Of a stretch of DNA of 64,000 bases, positions 46,585 through 56,477 are shown piece after piece. The stretch is from contig CAZSKP010000010.1 of the NCBI GenBank assembly GCA_964607485.1, positions 32,001 to 96,000 of the forward strand, read 5' to 3'. The translations under genes were made by a program, and so were the position numbers. Each line of letters begins with the position of its first letter. Position 1 is the stretch's first letter. The notes under the pieces were generated by a model. That model saw nothing but the letters and a program-made list of their open reading frames with translations. It made no database searches and was not told where the DNA came from. The DNA is from an uncultured bacterium. Its GTDB lineage: Bacteria; Abyssobacteria; SURF-5.

Positions 46585-49296
46585 ATGCGCGCGAAATTCT
46601 TCGGATGGCTGGCGCGACTGTTATGTCGGATGCCGGGGACGATAGTGCTTCTGGGCATCGGGCTGGCCGGGGCAGGCGTGAGTCTGGCCCTGAATCTGCA
46701 GATGCACACAAGCCGGGTGGACCTGCTCTCGCCTCACAATCCCCAGATTCGAAACTACAACAGCTTCACGCGCGAGTTCGGCACGGCGAACAACGTGTAT
46801 TTCATCCTCGAGAGTCCATCGCTTGCCGAATCGAAACGCTCCGCCGACGCGCTGGCGGCGGAGATATCCAAGCATCCGTCCCTCATCCGCGATGTCCTGT
46901 ATCGGTTCGACGTAGAGGCCGTCAAGGGCAGCCTGCTGCTGCATCTTTCCCCCAAAGAGCTTCACCGCCTCGATGAATACCTCGACGAGGAATCCGACCT
47001 GCTAAAGAATTTGGCGGGGGCGGAGAATCTGAATGTCGCGTTCTCGACGATGGCCGACCTGGCGGAGAAGCGGGCGAGAGAGGCCTTCAAGAACCCGGCC
47101 ACTCCCCTCGAGCTGGCCGCTCTCGCGAGCCTGCTGGAATGGATGAATTCGTACATTTGGGAAGGAAACGACGGCGGAGTCGGATTCCTGTCCTCGCTCA
47201 TTCCAGGCTCTCTGCCGCTCGGCATATCGGACGACCCGGAAGGCTATCTCGTGGGCGAGAACGGCAGGACGGTCATACTCCTCGCGCGGCCCAACGCGGA
47301 GAAGGAGGACACTATAGAGTTCCTGAAGCCGATGATGGCCTCTCTCGTGCAGGCGCGGGAGAAGGTCCTCAAGGAATTCCCGAAAGTCACGATAGGAATG
47401 ACCGGGCTGCCGACGTTCGCGTATGGCGACCTCCGGGTCATGGAAGATGAGATACCGCTGCTCTCGCTTGTGGCGCTTGGTCTCGTGATAGCGCTTTTCT
47501 TCCTGTTCTTTCACCATCCCCTCGAAGTCGCATTTGCGACCGTGGCGATGCTCATAGCCGTCGCATGCACGCTCGGTACCACAAGGGTGCTCATAGGTCA
47601 CTTAAACATCATGTCGTCGGTGTTTGCGATGACGATGGTGGGATTGGGCATCGACTTCGGGGTCCACTTCATCGGCCGTTTTTACGATGAGAAATCGAAC
47701 GGGGGAACCTTCGAGGAGGTAATGAAGCGGACGCTGGTCGGCTGTGGGCCGCCCATCTCGACGGGGGCGCTGACGACTGCGGCCGCTTTCTATCTGCTGT
47801 TCGCGACTGACTTCAGGGGACTGGCCGAGTTGGGCGTGATTGCAGGCACCGGCATATTGCTGAGCCTCATCTCGATGTTCACGATTCTTCCCTCGCTCAT
47901 TTCGCTCCGGAACAAATGGGGTGGCTCGGCGGGCGGTTCAACGAGTTCGACGACGCCCATCCTTGCCCGGACGCTCGGCCGTCTCGCCGCAGCGGTCGAG
48001 GCACATGCAGGCGTGATCATCGCGGTCGCAGTGGCCGCCACGCTCGTGATGTGCTATTTCGCGCCGAGGGTTCGGTTCGATTACAATTTCCTCCACATCC
48101 AGCCCGTCACCTCGACGACCGCACAGTATGAAGGAATTTTGATGAGGCGCACGGGACTTGCGCCCTCGTACGATGTGGTTGTGAAGGACGACCTGCAGTC
48201 TCTCGAAGAGACCTCCGACGAACTGGCAGCATTGCCCTCCGTGTCCCGCGTGGATTCGGCCAGCGGACTTGTTCCGCCCGACCAAGAACAGCGGATTCGC
48301 GCCGCGCGTGGGGTCGTCGAGCGAATCGCCGGGATAAGGGAAGAGGCGGGAAGCGCTCGCGAAGCGACCGATCTGACCAAGCTCGTCGAGCAATACAGGG
48401 AGATGCAGCGAGGGCTTGAGACCGCGTTGAAGGCGAAGGCCCTCGTGGGGAACAAGAGGGTCATTTCCGAAATCCGACGGTGTGCGCGCGCAGGTCGCAG
48501 ATTTCTTGAAAAATACGACAATGCCGGGGCCGAAGCCCTCTCACCTCGGCTGGAGGCTTTTTCGACCAGCCTGTTCTCGTATATGGAAGAGCTGCTGGCG
48601 ACTCTCGGCAGCAACCGCCAGCTTGAGAAGGTCTCCTTCGCCGATCTGCCCGAGAACATCAGGACTCGCTTCGTGGGGAGAACGGGCAAGTACGCGGCCT
48701 ATGTGTTCCCGTCGCGGAGCGTCTGGAACAAAGCCTTCCTGGACAGGTTCAACGCCGACGTGACAACGATCGCTCCCGATGCGACCGGGTCCGCGCTGTT
48801 TGCCCAGACCATGCTGGACGTCGCCGGGCGAGCGCTCAGGCAGTGCAGCCTGCTGGTGTTCGGAGCGATAGTTGTCCTCATGTTCCTTGACTTCCGGAAG
48901 GCGACGCCGATGCTGCTCGCTCTGCTTTCGGTCGTGGTTGGCGTGATATGGATGCTGGGGATCATGGATCTCGTCGGCTGGCGGTACAATCCGATCAATA
49001 TCATGGCCGTCCCACTGATGCTCGGCATCGGGATAGACAACGGCGTTCACATCGTCCACCGGTTTCGGGAGGGCGGCTGCGACGTTCGCAAGACGCTGGC
49101 GACCTCGGGCCGCGCTATTGCGGTGTCCTCGCTCACCACAATCGCGGGATTCGCTTGCGTGTTGTTCTCGACCCATCGGGGCCTGATAAGCCTCGGCCAA
49201 CTGATGGTGCTCGGCGTGGGAGCGTGCCTCATCGCCTCGCTCACGGTGCTCCCGGCGGTTCTGAAGAGTTTGAGCGAGGCGGGAATAAAGATCTGA
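46585..49296 (+). CDS. MMPL/RND-family transporter (HpnN-like)
   Basis: Two TM clusters with GLGIDFGVH and GIGIDNGVH, large extracytoplasmic loops, FRGLAELG. Confidence 0.9.
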   Translation: MRAKFFGWLARLLCRMPGTIVLLGIGLAGAGVSLALNLQMHTSRVDLLSPHNPQIRNYNSFTREFGTANNVYFILESPSLAESKRSADALAAEISKHPSLIRDVLYRFDVEAVKGSLLLHLSPKELHRLDEYLDEESDLLKNLAGAENLNVAFSTMADLAEKRAREAFKNPATPLELAALASLLEWMNSYIWEGNDGGVGFLSSLIPGSLPLGISDDPEGYLVGENGRTVILLARPNAEKEDTIEFLKPMMASLVQAREKVLKEFPKVTIGMTGLPTFAYGDLRVMEDEIPLLSLVALGLVIALFFLFFHHPLEVAFATVAMLIAVACTLGTTRVLIGHLNIMSSVFAMTMVGLGIDFGVHFIGRFYDEKSNGGTFEEVMKRTLVGCGPPISTGALTTAAAFYLLFATDFRGLAELGVIAGTGILLSLISMFTILPSLISLRNKWGGSAGGSTSSTTPILARTLGRLAAAVEAHAGVIIAVAVAATLVMCYFAPRVRFDYNFLHIQPVTSTTAQYEGILMRRTGLAPSYDVVVKDDLQSLEETSDELAALPSVSRVDSASGLVPPDQEQRIRAARGVVERIAGIREEAGSAREATDLTKLVEQYREMQRGLETALKAKALVGNKRVISEIRRCARAGRRFLEKYDNAGAEALSPRLEAFSTSLFSYMEELLATLGSNRQLEKVSFADLPENIRTRFVGRTGKYAAYVFPSRSVWNKAFLDRFNADVTTIAPDATGSALFAQTMLDVAGRALRQCSLLVFGAIVVLMFLDFRKATPMLLALLSVVVGVIWMLGIMDLVGWRYNPINIMAVPLMLGIGIDNGVHIVHRFREGGCDVRKTLATSGRAIAVSSLTTIAGFACVLFSTHRGLISLGQLMVLGVGACLIASLTVLPAVLKSLSEAGIKI

Positions 49297-49332
49297 CCGG
49301 CAGAATCCCCGCGTCTAACAGGAGGGTGTACG

Positions 49333-49791
49333 ATGGCTTTCGTCGGAAACGTGCTGTGGTTCATCCTCGGAGGAGGATTCTTCGCGTGTCTCTTGTGGCT
49401 GCTGTGCGGCCTGCTCTTGTGCGCTACGGTGGTCGGGATACCGTTCGGCATGGCAGCATTCCGGATTGCGGGGTTCGCCGCGTTCCCGTTCGGGAGGGAG
49501 CTGGTGGATGCCCGGCTGTTGGGGCAGAAGAGAATCACCGGGACGGGACTCGCCAATTTTCTGTGGATCGTACTGGCGGGAATCTGGCTCGCGATAAGTC
49601 ACGTTCTCGCGGGCGTTTCGTGCTTCCTCGCGTTCTTTTTGGTTTTCCCGGTCTTCTTCGGTATCGCTCATTTCAAGCTGGCCGGGGTGTGCTTTGCGCC
49701 TTTGGGCCGGAAGCCCGTCAGCAAAGAGGTGGCCGAGGAGGCAAGGCGGAGAGCCGCGAGCGCGGAGCTTGACGGCAGGTTGACCAAATAG
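49333..49791 (+). CDS. YccF-domain inner membrane protein
   Basis: Duplicated GNVLW...GIPFG...PFG and NFLW...FG.AHFKL...PLG repeats. Confidence 0.9.
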   Translation: MAFVGNVLWFILGGGFFACLLWLLCGLLLCATVVGIPFGMAAFRIAGFAAFPFGRELVDARLLGQKRITGTGLANFLWIVLAGIWLAISHVLAGVSCFLAFFLVFPVFFGIAHFKLAGVCFAPLGRKPVSKEVAEEARRRAASAELDGRLTK

Positions 49792-49821
49792 CACCTCACA
49801 AAATTTGCGGAGCGCAACAAG

Positions 49822-50823
49822 ATGAAAATCACAATCGTTGGAGCGGGAGCCATCGGCGGCATTTGCGGCGCATATCTTACGAAGGCGGGAAGAGACGTAA
49901 CGTTGGTGGAGCCGTACAGGGAACATCTCGAGCGGATAAGAAAGGGCGTCCGGATCCACGGCGTGCGCGGAGAAATGACCGTGCCTTTGAATGCCGTCTC
50001 GCCCGACGAGCTCAAGGGGCCGCTCGGAGTTGTGCTGCTGGCGGTCAAATCTACGAAGACTGTCGAAGCCGTGGACAATACCAAGCCGCTCCTCGAGCCC
50101 GACACCACGATAGTCTCGCTTCAGAATGGAATCAACGTGGACACGATCGCGGCGAAAGTCGGTCCGCAGCGGGTCATTGGGTGTAGCATCGGATGGGGCG
50201 CCACATTTGTCGGTCCGGGCCATCTGAGCCAAGCCTCCGAGGGAGGATTCATAATAGGCGAGTTGAGCGGCGAAATGACCGATCGTCTCGATCACATCAA
50301 GAGCATCCTCAACGACATCGCCGAGACGAAGACGACTGCGAAGATATACGGCCATCTTTGGAGCAAGCTGAGCATAAACTGCCTGATTGCCGGCTGCGCG
50401 GTCCTGGGCCTGACCGTCGGCGAGGCGCTCGCCCCCGAAAGGAACAAGCGACTTTTCATCAGGCTCATCCGCGAAGTCATCGCCGCCGCGGAGGCCAACG
50501 GCGTGAGAATGGAGCTGATCGAAGGCGCTGTGGACCCATATGTCTTCCGGCGGGACGACGAAGAGGGCATGGCGCTGTGCTTCCAGATACTCGATTTCAT
50601 GAGCGCCATTCACGGACGGATCAAACCGGGGCCTCTCCAGGACATGGAAAGGGGAGTCGAGCCGGAAGTGGAGTACGTCACGGGGTACTGTGTCAAGAAG
50701 GGCCGCGAGAAGAATGTGCCGACGCCGATAAACGCAAAGGTATATGAGCTTCTAAAGAAGATGGAAAAGGGTAAGGTAAAGCCGAGCCCGGAAAACATGG
50801 CAGAGCTCGAAGCCGCCGAATGA
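49822..50823 (+). CDS. Ketopantoate reductase family protein (PanE/ApbA-like)
   Basis: GAGAIGG, LAVKS, SLQNG, WSKLSINC, QD...E, PTPIN. Confidence 0.88.
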   Translation: MKITIVGAGAIGGICGAYLTKAGRDVTLVEPYREHLERIRKGVRIHGVRGEMTVPLNAVSPDELKGPLGVVLLAVKSTKTVEAVDNTKPLLEPDTTIVSLQNGINVDTIAAKVGPQRVIGCSIGWGATFVGPGHLSQASEGGFIIGELSGEMTDRLDHIKSILNDIAETKTTAKIYGHLWSKLSINCLIAGCAVLGLTVGEALAPERNKRLFIRLIREVIAAAEANGVRMELIEGAVDPYVFRRDDEEGMALCFQILDFMSAIHGRIKPGPLQDMERGVEPEVEYVTGYCVKKGREKNVPTPINAKVYELLKKMEKGKVKPSPENMAELEAAE

Positions 50824-50844
50824 ACCGAGTGGGTCCCCTCGAAC

Positions 50845-51282
50845 TCAGTACTTCCCCAGCAGCTTGCTGATCCATTTGTGGATGGAGTGGAAGGAGAAGC
50901 CGGGAATCAGATACATGACCGCGCAGGTTCCGTGACGCACGTTGAGTCCCTTCTCCCGAGCCAGCTCCAGCGCCTCGGGCGTCTCGCACCCCATGTGAAT
51001 CCACACGTTTCGGATGCCCGCCTCCGCCGCCTTGGCCACCCAGTCGCGAGTCTCCTCCTTGAGCGTCTCGATGATCACTGCCTCCACCTTCTCGGGAAGC
51101 GATGCAAGGTCGGGATAGACCTTGTCGCCTTCGACGGTGTCAGCACCGGGGTCAACGGCAAACACCTCTTTCCCTAATTTCTTGAGCTCGCGGTATGTGA
51201 TCTTCGGAAAGTCGCCTTTCGCCGAGTGGCCCACGACCGCGTAGCTGGGGCTGGTCCAGAAAAGTTCGTATTCAGACGGCAT
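50845..51282 (-). CDS. CoA-binding domain protein (YccU-like)
   Basis: AVVGHS, YPDLASLP, GIRNVW, CAVM. Confidence 0.85.
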   Translation of the reverse strand: MPSEYELFWTSPSYAVVGHSAKGDFPKITYRELKKLGKEVFAVDPGADTVEGDKVYPDLASLPEKVEAVIIETLKEETRDWVAKAAEAGIRNVWIHMGCETPEALELAREKGLNVRHGTCAVMYLIPGFSFHSIHKWISKLLGKY

Positions 51283-51371
51283 GGCAATGCCCCCATGTCG
51301 GCGCTTGGTCGCCCTCCCAATGCAGGAACGGAGCGGCTAACGCGCCAATGCACAAGAGCGAACCCGAAACC

Positions 51372-51785
51372 TTAATCGTGCACCGACCAATCGGGATTCT
51401 TGTCTGTCATCTCGATTCCGTCGTTGATGAGGAAATACGAATCCTCGCCCGTGAACTTCTGCGGAGGCAGCGCGCCGAGCAGGAGAAACGTGCAAGGCTC
51501 ACCGGTGCGATTGCCGATGGCGCGTGGCACATCGGGTGCGACTCTCACCATGTCGCCGGGCTTCATGGTGATCTCTTCGTCTCCGACCAACATGGTGCCT
51601 GAACCCTGCAGGCAGATGAAAACCTCTTCCTGTTCCTTATGCGCATGGAAAAAGGGATAGCCCATGCCGGGCTCCATCCGCGAAAGCGACATGCCGACGG
51701 CAGTCAGGCTCAGGTCGTTCTTCAGCGGCCGAAGCAGGCTGCCTCTATCAAGGTCATAATGCTTGAACGTATAACCAGCCATCAT
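51372..51785 (-). CDS. Cupin-domain protein
   Basis: HAHKEQEEVFICLQGSG, PGDMVRVAP. Confidence 0.88.
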   Translation of the reverse strand: MMAGYTFKHYDLDRGSLLRPLKNDLSLTAVGMSLSRMEPGMGYPFFHAHKEQEEVFICLQGSGTMLVGDEEITMKPGDMVRVAPDVPRAIGNRTGEPCTFLLLGALPPQKFTGEDSYFLINDGIEMTDKNPDWSVHD

Positions 51786-51815
51786 CGTTCTCCTTTCGGT
51801 AAGAGCTTCCGCTCA

Positions 51816-51865
51816 CCTGCGAAAGCGGGAATCCATAGACTCCCTGGTCGAGCGAGGGAATGACA
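51816..51865. repeat. Degenerate palindromic intergenic repeat (GAATCC...GGAATGACA family)
   Basis: CCTGCGAAAGCGGGAATCCA hairpin followed by TCCCT...AGGGAATGACA; shares the GAATGACA end with the 55738 element. Confidence 0.6.
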
Positions 51866-51882
51866 CACCCGCCGGGCGCGAG

Positions 51883-52800
51883 TCACGGATTTCTCTTCAG
51901 AAAATCTCCTATGATTTCGCATATTTCCTCCGGCGCGTCCTCCTGCAGAAAATGGCCTGCGCGGGGGATCATGTGGACCTCGCCGTGCGGATAGATTCCC
52001 TGCCAGAGAGGGAGAATCGCATCGGCCGGAAACACGTGGTCGTTCTCTCCCCAGATGAAGCAGGTGGGCACGTTTATCGTGCTCAGCTTTTCCTGAATCG
52101 CCTTCATCGTCGGATACGATGGCGCGTCCGCTGTAAGCGGGACATCCTGTATCGCCATCGTCGGCACACGCGAGTTGTAGTCGGGGAACGGCGCCCTGTA
52201 GGCGTCCATCAACTGCGGAGTTATCTTCTCCTTGCGCACTATGGCCAGCGGCAGGAATCCCTCGATAAACACGTTGTAAGCAAGCAGCATCGTCTCGCCG
52301 ATCTCAGGCTTACGGCACATCGCAAGCAGCGGCGGCAGGACCTCCTCGGGCACGTCCTCGGGGAATACGAAGGCCCACGTGCTCATGATGACGAGTCGCT
52401 TGATGCGGTCCGGATGCTCGACCGCATAGCCCAGCCCCATACCGCCGCCCCAGTCCTGCATCACGAGCGTGATGTCGTTCAGGTCGAGCTGGTCCATCAC
52501 GCCGGTGAAATACTCTATCTTCTTCTTCAGGGGGTACTCGCCGCGGTCGATCGATTTCTCCGATTTGCCATAGCCCATGTGGTCGGGCACGACGCAGCGG
52601 TAGCCGGCCCCCACCAACGGCGGCACGAAATTGCGGTAGAGGTAGGACCATGTGGGATTGCCGTGAAGCATCACGACGGGCTCCGCATCGGGCTTACCCT
52701 TCGGCCTTTCGTCCACGTAATGGAGCCGCAGTCCGTTCACCGTGACATAATGCGGCTTGAACGGATACGTCCCTCCAAACGTCTCGTTCTGAATGTCCAT
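51883..52800 (-). CDS. Haloalkane dehalogenase/OleB-like alpha/beta hydrolase
   Basis: HGNPTWSY, QDWGG (Asp nucleophile), GHFLQED; SD GAGGAGG. Confidence 0.88.
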   Translation of the reverse strand: MDIQNETFGGTYPFKPHYVTVNGLRLHYVDERPKGKPDAEPVVMLHGNPTWSYLYRNFVPPLVGAGYRCVVPDHMGYGKSEKSIDRGEYPLKKKIEYFTGVMDQLDLNDITLVMQDWGGGMGLGYAVEHPDRIKRLVIMSTWAFVFPEDVPEEVLPPLLAMCRKPEIGETMLLAYNVFIEGFLPLAIVRKEKITPQLMDAYRAPFPDYNSRVPTMAIQDVPLTADAPSYPTMKAIQEKLSTINVPTCFIWGENDHVFPADAILPLWQGIYPHGEVHMIPRAGHFLQEDAPEEICEIIGDFLKRNP

Positions 52801-52905
52801 TTTTTTCCTCCTCATTGAGCGTTTTGGAGAGGTACAGGCAACGGGCAGATTATAATCCGTGGAGGCCGCCAATTGCAAAACGTTTCTTGAAGAACGATCT
52901 CAGCG

Positions 52906-53427
52906 CTATTTCCCGAGCAGGTCGAGGAGTTGGCACCGCTTCTCCTCCGACCCTTTTTCCAAAAGGGGCGGGCAATCGTCGGGGACGGCCTCGCCGCTTG
53001 CAATGGCGGCGGCGAATGCCATGCAAGTTGACCGGCCGCACTCAGCGCAGTTGGTCCTCGGAAGCAGCTTGAAAATATCCAGCGGCTTCAATTCCGAGAG
53101 GCTGCGGTAGGATGGCTCAATCTCCGCTTTTCTCGCAGCAACGGAGTTGATTGTCTCCCGAATTTCTTCGAACACTTCCCTCGCCTCGTCCTCGTCGCGA
53201 AACGCGGTGGCGAAGATTTTTTTCGGATACACCGCGATGACCTTGTCGTTCCTTCGGAACCGCAGAAACGGGACGTCCGCTTCGTAAACGCACGGTCCCA
53301 CCTCGGCGTTCAGGTACGGAAGCAGCTCGGTCAGGTCGTCGTCGAATTCGATTGTCGCCGTTACCACGACGGCCGTGGGAAGGCACTCCGGCGGGGCCAC
53401 CGCAATTGTGTACTCTTCAAGCAGCAT
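52906..53427 (-). CDS. Fe-S cluster domain protein
   Basis: LLPYLNA, C-terminal LPRTNCAECGRSTCMAFA...CPPL four-Cys motif. Confidence 0.85.
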   Translation of the reverse strand: MLLEEYTIAVAPPECLPTAVVVTATIEFDDDLTELLPYLNAEVGPCVYEADVPFLRFRRNDKVIAVYPKKIFATAFRDEDEAREVFEEIRETINSVAARKAEIEPSYRSLSELKPLDIFKLLPRTNCAECGRSTCMAFAAAIASGEAVPDDCPPLLEKGSEEKRCQLLDLLGK

Positions 53428-53448
53428 ATCGTTCTCTCCTCATGCGTC

Positions 53449-53682
53449 CTATTTCTGGAACCACTTTTCAATGTCCGATCCTTTGGGGACTTTGCCCTCG
53501 ATTTTCTTTTCGCCGTCGATGAAAACGGCGGGTGTCAGCATGACGCCGCGGTTGACCATCGAGTCGATGTCGGTCACGTGCTCGATGTCAGCGTCGATGC
53601 CGAGTCGTCGGACCGCATTCTCCACCTCTTCCGAGGTTTTTCGACACTTGGCGCATCCGGGCCCGAATATCTCTATTTTCAT
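53449..53682 (-). CDS. Small redox-active disulfide protein (MTH895-like thioredoxin)
   Basis: GPGCAKC, GVMLTPA, GKVP. Confidence 0.92.
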   Translation of the reverse strand: MKIEIFGPGCAKCRKTSEEVENAVRRLGIDADIEHVTDIDSMVNRGVMLTPAVFIDGEKKIEGKVPKGSDIEKWFQK

Positions 53683-53698
53683 TACTTCCTTCCCTCCT

Positions 53699-54493
53699 TC
53701 ATCCAGCCATTAGCGTCCGCGCCACCATCACCGCAGCGATGGCGAGCAGGAACCAGCCGAATACTCTTTTCAGTTTTTCCTCGTCCAGCTGAACGGCCAG
53801 TCGGCTGCCTATCTGCCCGCCCGCAAACACGGCGACGGCAAGTATCAACGAGGCGCGCCAGTCCCAGTGTCCGCTGACGACGTGGCCCGCGAATCCGCCT
53901 GCCGCCGTCACGCCGACCATGAATGCGCTCGAACCCACCGCGATATCCATCGGGATGCCGAACAGCAATACCATCATGGGCACCTTTAGGATGCCGCCGC
54001 CCACGCCGATCATTCCGCTGACCAGCCCGGCGGCGAACGATAGCGGGAGCGCCAGAGCCATGTTCACGCAATACGGCTGCCCGCCTACCGTGCGCCGCCA
54101 CGAAAAGAAGTCGCTTCGGTCCTCGGCGCAGCGATGCGCCGTGTTGAACTCGCGCACCATGAAGACCGCTGCGAGCACAATCACCGCCGCGAGCAGGAAG
54201 GACAGAAACGTGCCGCTGAAACGTCCCGACCACAGCCCGCCGATGAACCCGCCGGTAGTGGTGGCCGTCTCCAGCGCTATCGCCAGCGACCAGTCGATCT
54301 TGTGGGCCTTGCGATACACCAGCGACGACGAGAGCGACATGACCATGATCAGGAACAGCGATGTCGCTGCGGCCGTGTGAAAGTCGATGCCGAACAGCAC
54401 CTGCACGGGAGTGTACACGACACCACCGCCCTGGCCGAGCATCGAAAGCACGATCGCAACGATGAACAGTATGATACCTAATGCGATTAACAT
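53699..54493 (-). CDS. TauE/SafE-family membrane transporter
   Basis: MLGQGGG, AAATSL, GMIGVGGG, AVGSS; start at ATG 54493 inside the longer ORF. Confidence 0.9.
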   Translation of the reverse strand: MLIALGIILFIVAIVLSMLGQGGGVVYTPVQVLFGIDFHTAAATSLFLIMVMSLSSSLVYRKAHKIDWSLAIALETATTTGGFIGGLWSGRFSGTFLSFLLAAVIVLAAVFMVREFNTAHRCAEDRSDFFSWRRTVGGQPYCVNMALALPLSFAAGLVSGMIGVGGGILKVPMMVLLFGIPMDIAVGSSAFMVGVTAAGGFAGHVVSGHWDWRASLILAVAVFAGGQIGSRLAVQLDEEKLKRVFGWFLLAIAAVMVARTLMAG

Positions 54494-54522
54494 CACACGC
54501 CACACTTCCAACGGTGTCCTCT

Positions 54523-55692
54523 TTATGCCATGATGATACCATAAATCATTCCGCTGATGGTTGCCATAATGACGACAAGCAGGCAATAGACGATTGTTTT
54601 CCGTGTTCCTATCACGCTTCGGATCACTATCATGTTGGGCAGGCTCAGGGCCGGGCCTGCCAGGAGCAGCGCCAGCGCGGGGCCGTTTCCCATGCCGTTT
54701 CCCATCAGCCCCTGGAGAATGGGCACCTCCGTCAACGTGGCGAAATACATGAACGCGCCCGCCACGGACGCGAACAGATTGGCCCAGAGCGAGTTGCCTC
54801 CCACCGCGCCGGCCACGTACCGCGCGGGAATCAGGCCGTTGTCGGAGCCCGGACGCCCCATCAGCATGCCCGCCGCGACGACCCCCGCAAACAACAGCGG
54901 CATGATCTGCTTGACGAAGCCCCAGGTCGAGTCCACCCATTCGGCCAGTTCCTCTTTTGTGAACCATCGCCAGAGCACGAACGCCAGAACAGCGAGGAGC
55001 ACGCCGGTCAGAGGCCAATGAATTCGGTACACAGCGTCCCAGAAGCGCACCGATTGTCCCGGCTTGCCCCACGCCGCAAACACGAGGATGAGCACCATCG
55101 TGCCGAAGTAAAGGATCGTCTGCCCGAGCGGGCGACCGTCATCCGCAGCCGCGACAAGGGCGCCGTTTGCCCTCTTTGCGCTTTCTTCCTTGTGGTATAT
55201 GCCCGCCATGATGAGCCCGATTACAATCGAGAAAACGACCGCGCCGACGGCTCGCGCGAGCCCCAACTGCCAGCCGAGCACACGGGCGGTCAGAATGATG
55301 GCGAGGACGTTGATGGCGGGTCCGGAATAGAGGAAGGCGATGGCCGGTCCCAGGCCAGCGCCACGCTTGTGGATGCCCGCGAATAACGGAAGGATCGTGC
55401 ACGAGCACACGGCGAGGATCGTCCCCGAAACGGAGGCGACGCCGTAGGCGAGCGCCTTTTTGGCGTTGGCGCCGAAATATTTCATCACGGCCGCCTGCGA
55501 GACGAAACAGGCGATTGCGCCTGCAATGAAGAAGGCGGGCACGAGACAGAACAGAACATGTTTTTGGGCGTATTCCTTGGTCATATAGAGAGCTTCGAGG
55601 ATGGAGCCCTGGAACCGGGCGCTCCCCACTGGCAGAAAATAGGCGAGGACAAAGACTGCGAGAATAAGGATCAGTTTGGTACGTTCTTTCAT
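54523..55692 (-). CDS. ArsP/DUF318-family permease
   Basis: CLVPAFFIAG, AVCSCTILPLF, GPAIN, MYFATLTEVP, GPALSLP. Confidence 0.92.
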   Translation of the reverse strand: MKERTKLILILAVFVLAYFLPVGSARFQGSILEALYMTKEYAQKHVLFCLVPAFFIAGAIACFVSQAAVMKYFGANAKKALAYGVASVSGTILAVCSCTILPLFAGIHKRGAGLGPAIAFLYSGPAINVLAIILTARVLGWQLGLARAVGAVVFSIVIGLIMAGIYHKEESAKRANGALVAAADDGRPLGQTILYFGTMVLILVFAAWGKPGQSVRFWDAVYRIHWPLTGVLLAVLAFVLWRWFTKEELAEWVDSTWGFVKQIMPLLFAGVVAAGMLMGRPGSDNGLIPARYVAGAVGGNSLWANLFASVAGAFMYFATLTEVPILQGLMGNGMGNGPALALLLAGPALSLPNMIVIRSVIGTRKTIVYCLLVVIMATISGMIYGIIMA

Positions 55693-55737
55693 AGCGCGCT
55701 CTCTATTCGGCGTGCTGTCCAAGAGGCAATTGTCTAC

Positions 55738-55833
55738 GTGTCATTCTGAGCGAAGCGAAGAATCTCCTGATGATTAGCGTAAAGTTGCGCAAAAATGGGA
55801 GATTCTTCGTCGCGTCGCTCCTCAGAATGACAC
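55738..55833. repeat. 96-bp nested palindromic element (REP/MITE-like)
   Basis: Perfect 13-bp terminal IR GTGTCATTCTGAG/CTCAGAATGACAC and perfect 12-bp inner IR CGAAGAATCTCC/GGAGATTCTTCG. Confidence 0.85.
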
Positions 55834-55921
55834 TCCTGGTAAGGTCGCCAAGAGGCATCTCCTTTGGGCAACACGAGGTATTCATTTATGGCCATGCGAC
55901 CATGCAATTCTCCAAGAGAAA

Positions 55922-56242
55922 TCATGCGGACCCCAAAATCTCCTGCTGCGCCTTCAGGTTCTCTTCCATCACCTGCTCGACACAGCCAAAGAAATCCATG
56001 ACACATGGCCGATTCAATCGGTAAAACGACTTCTGGCCCTCCTTGCGGTCTTCCACCAGCCCGGCCTGCTTGAGAATGCTCAAATGCTTCGATACGGTGG
56101 ACTGATCGCTACCTATCAGATCCACCAACTCGCACACGCAGATCTCGCCGTGCTCATTCATCGCGTCGAGCATCATGAGCCGGCTGGGATGTGCCATGGC
56201 CTTAAGGATTTTCGCCCGCATCTCGTAGATTTTCTTATTCAT
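55922..56242 (-). CDS. ArsR/SmtB-family transcriptional regulator
   Basis: KAMAHPSRL, ICVCEL, STVSKHLSILK, C-terminal CxxxFFxC; SD AAGGAGG. Confidence 0.95.
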   Translation of the reverse strand: MNKKIYEMRAKILKAMAHPSRLMMLDAMNEHGEICVCELVDLIGSDQSTVSKHLSILKQAGLVEDRKEGQKSFYRLNRPCVMDFFGCVEQVMEENLKAQQEILGSA

Positions 56243-56272
56243 GGCAACGGCCTCCTTTATCGCTCTATTGCC

Positions 56273-56301
56273 ACTTTACCATATAGCCATCAATCTGTCA
56301 A
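56273..56301 (-). promoter_or_regulatory. Sigma-70 promoter of the arsR operon
   Basis: Minus strand TTGACA-N17-TAAAGT. Confidence 0.7.
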
Positions 56302-56477
56302 GCGCTCGGACGGTTCTTTGTCTCCTGGCCTCATTTGAGGTGGCGGCCTTCGCCCCTCCCCCAAGACCTCTGGCGAAATCGGTGTGGGAGTGAGATAGTT
56401 GCTTAAGTCTCGCCCCTCCAGTTGCGTGAAAACCGAGGCGTGTGGCATTTCGTTTCTTGTCGTCAGGAGGGACTATC

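Noticed and set aside
52906-53682. Selenocysteine recoding in the redox proteins
   Set aside because: All expected Cys positions are Cys codons; no in-frame TGA at a catalytic site
54494-55072. N-terminal extension of the TauE ORF or fusion with the permease
   Set aside because: Overlaps the permease in another frame; the permease has its own stop at 54523
56443-56457. TGGCATTTCGTTTCT as a sigma-54 promoter for yceI
   Set aside because: The -12 GC is replaced by TC and the site lies too close to the SD; unsupported
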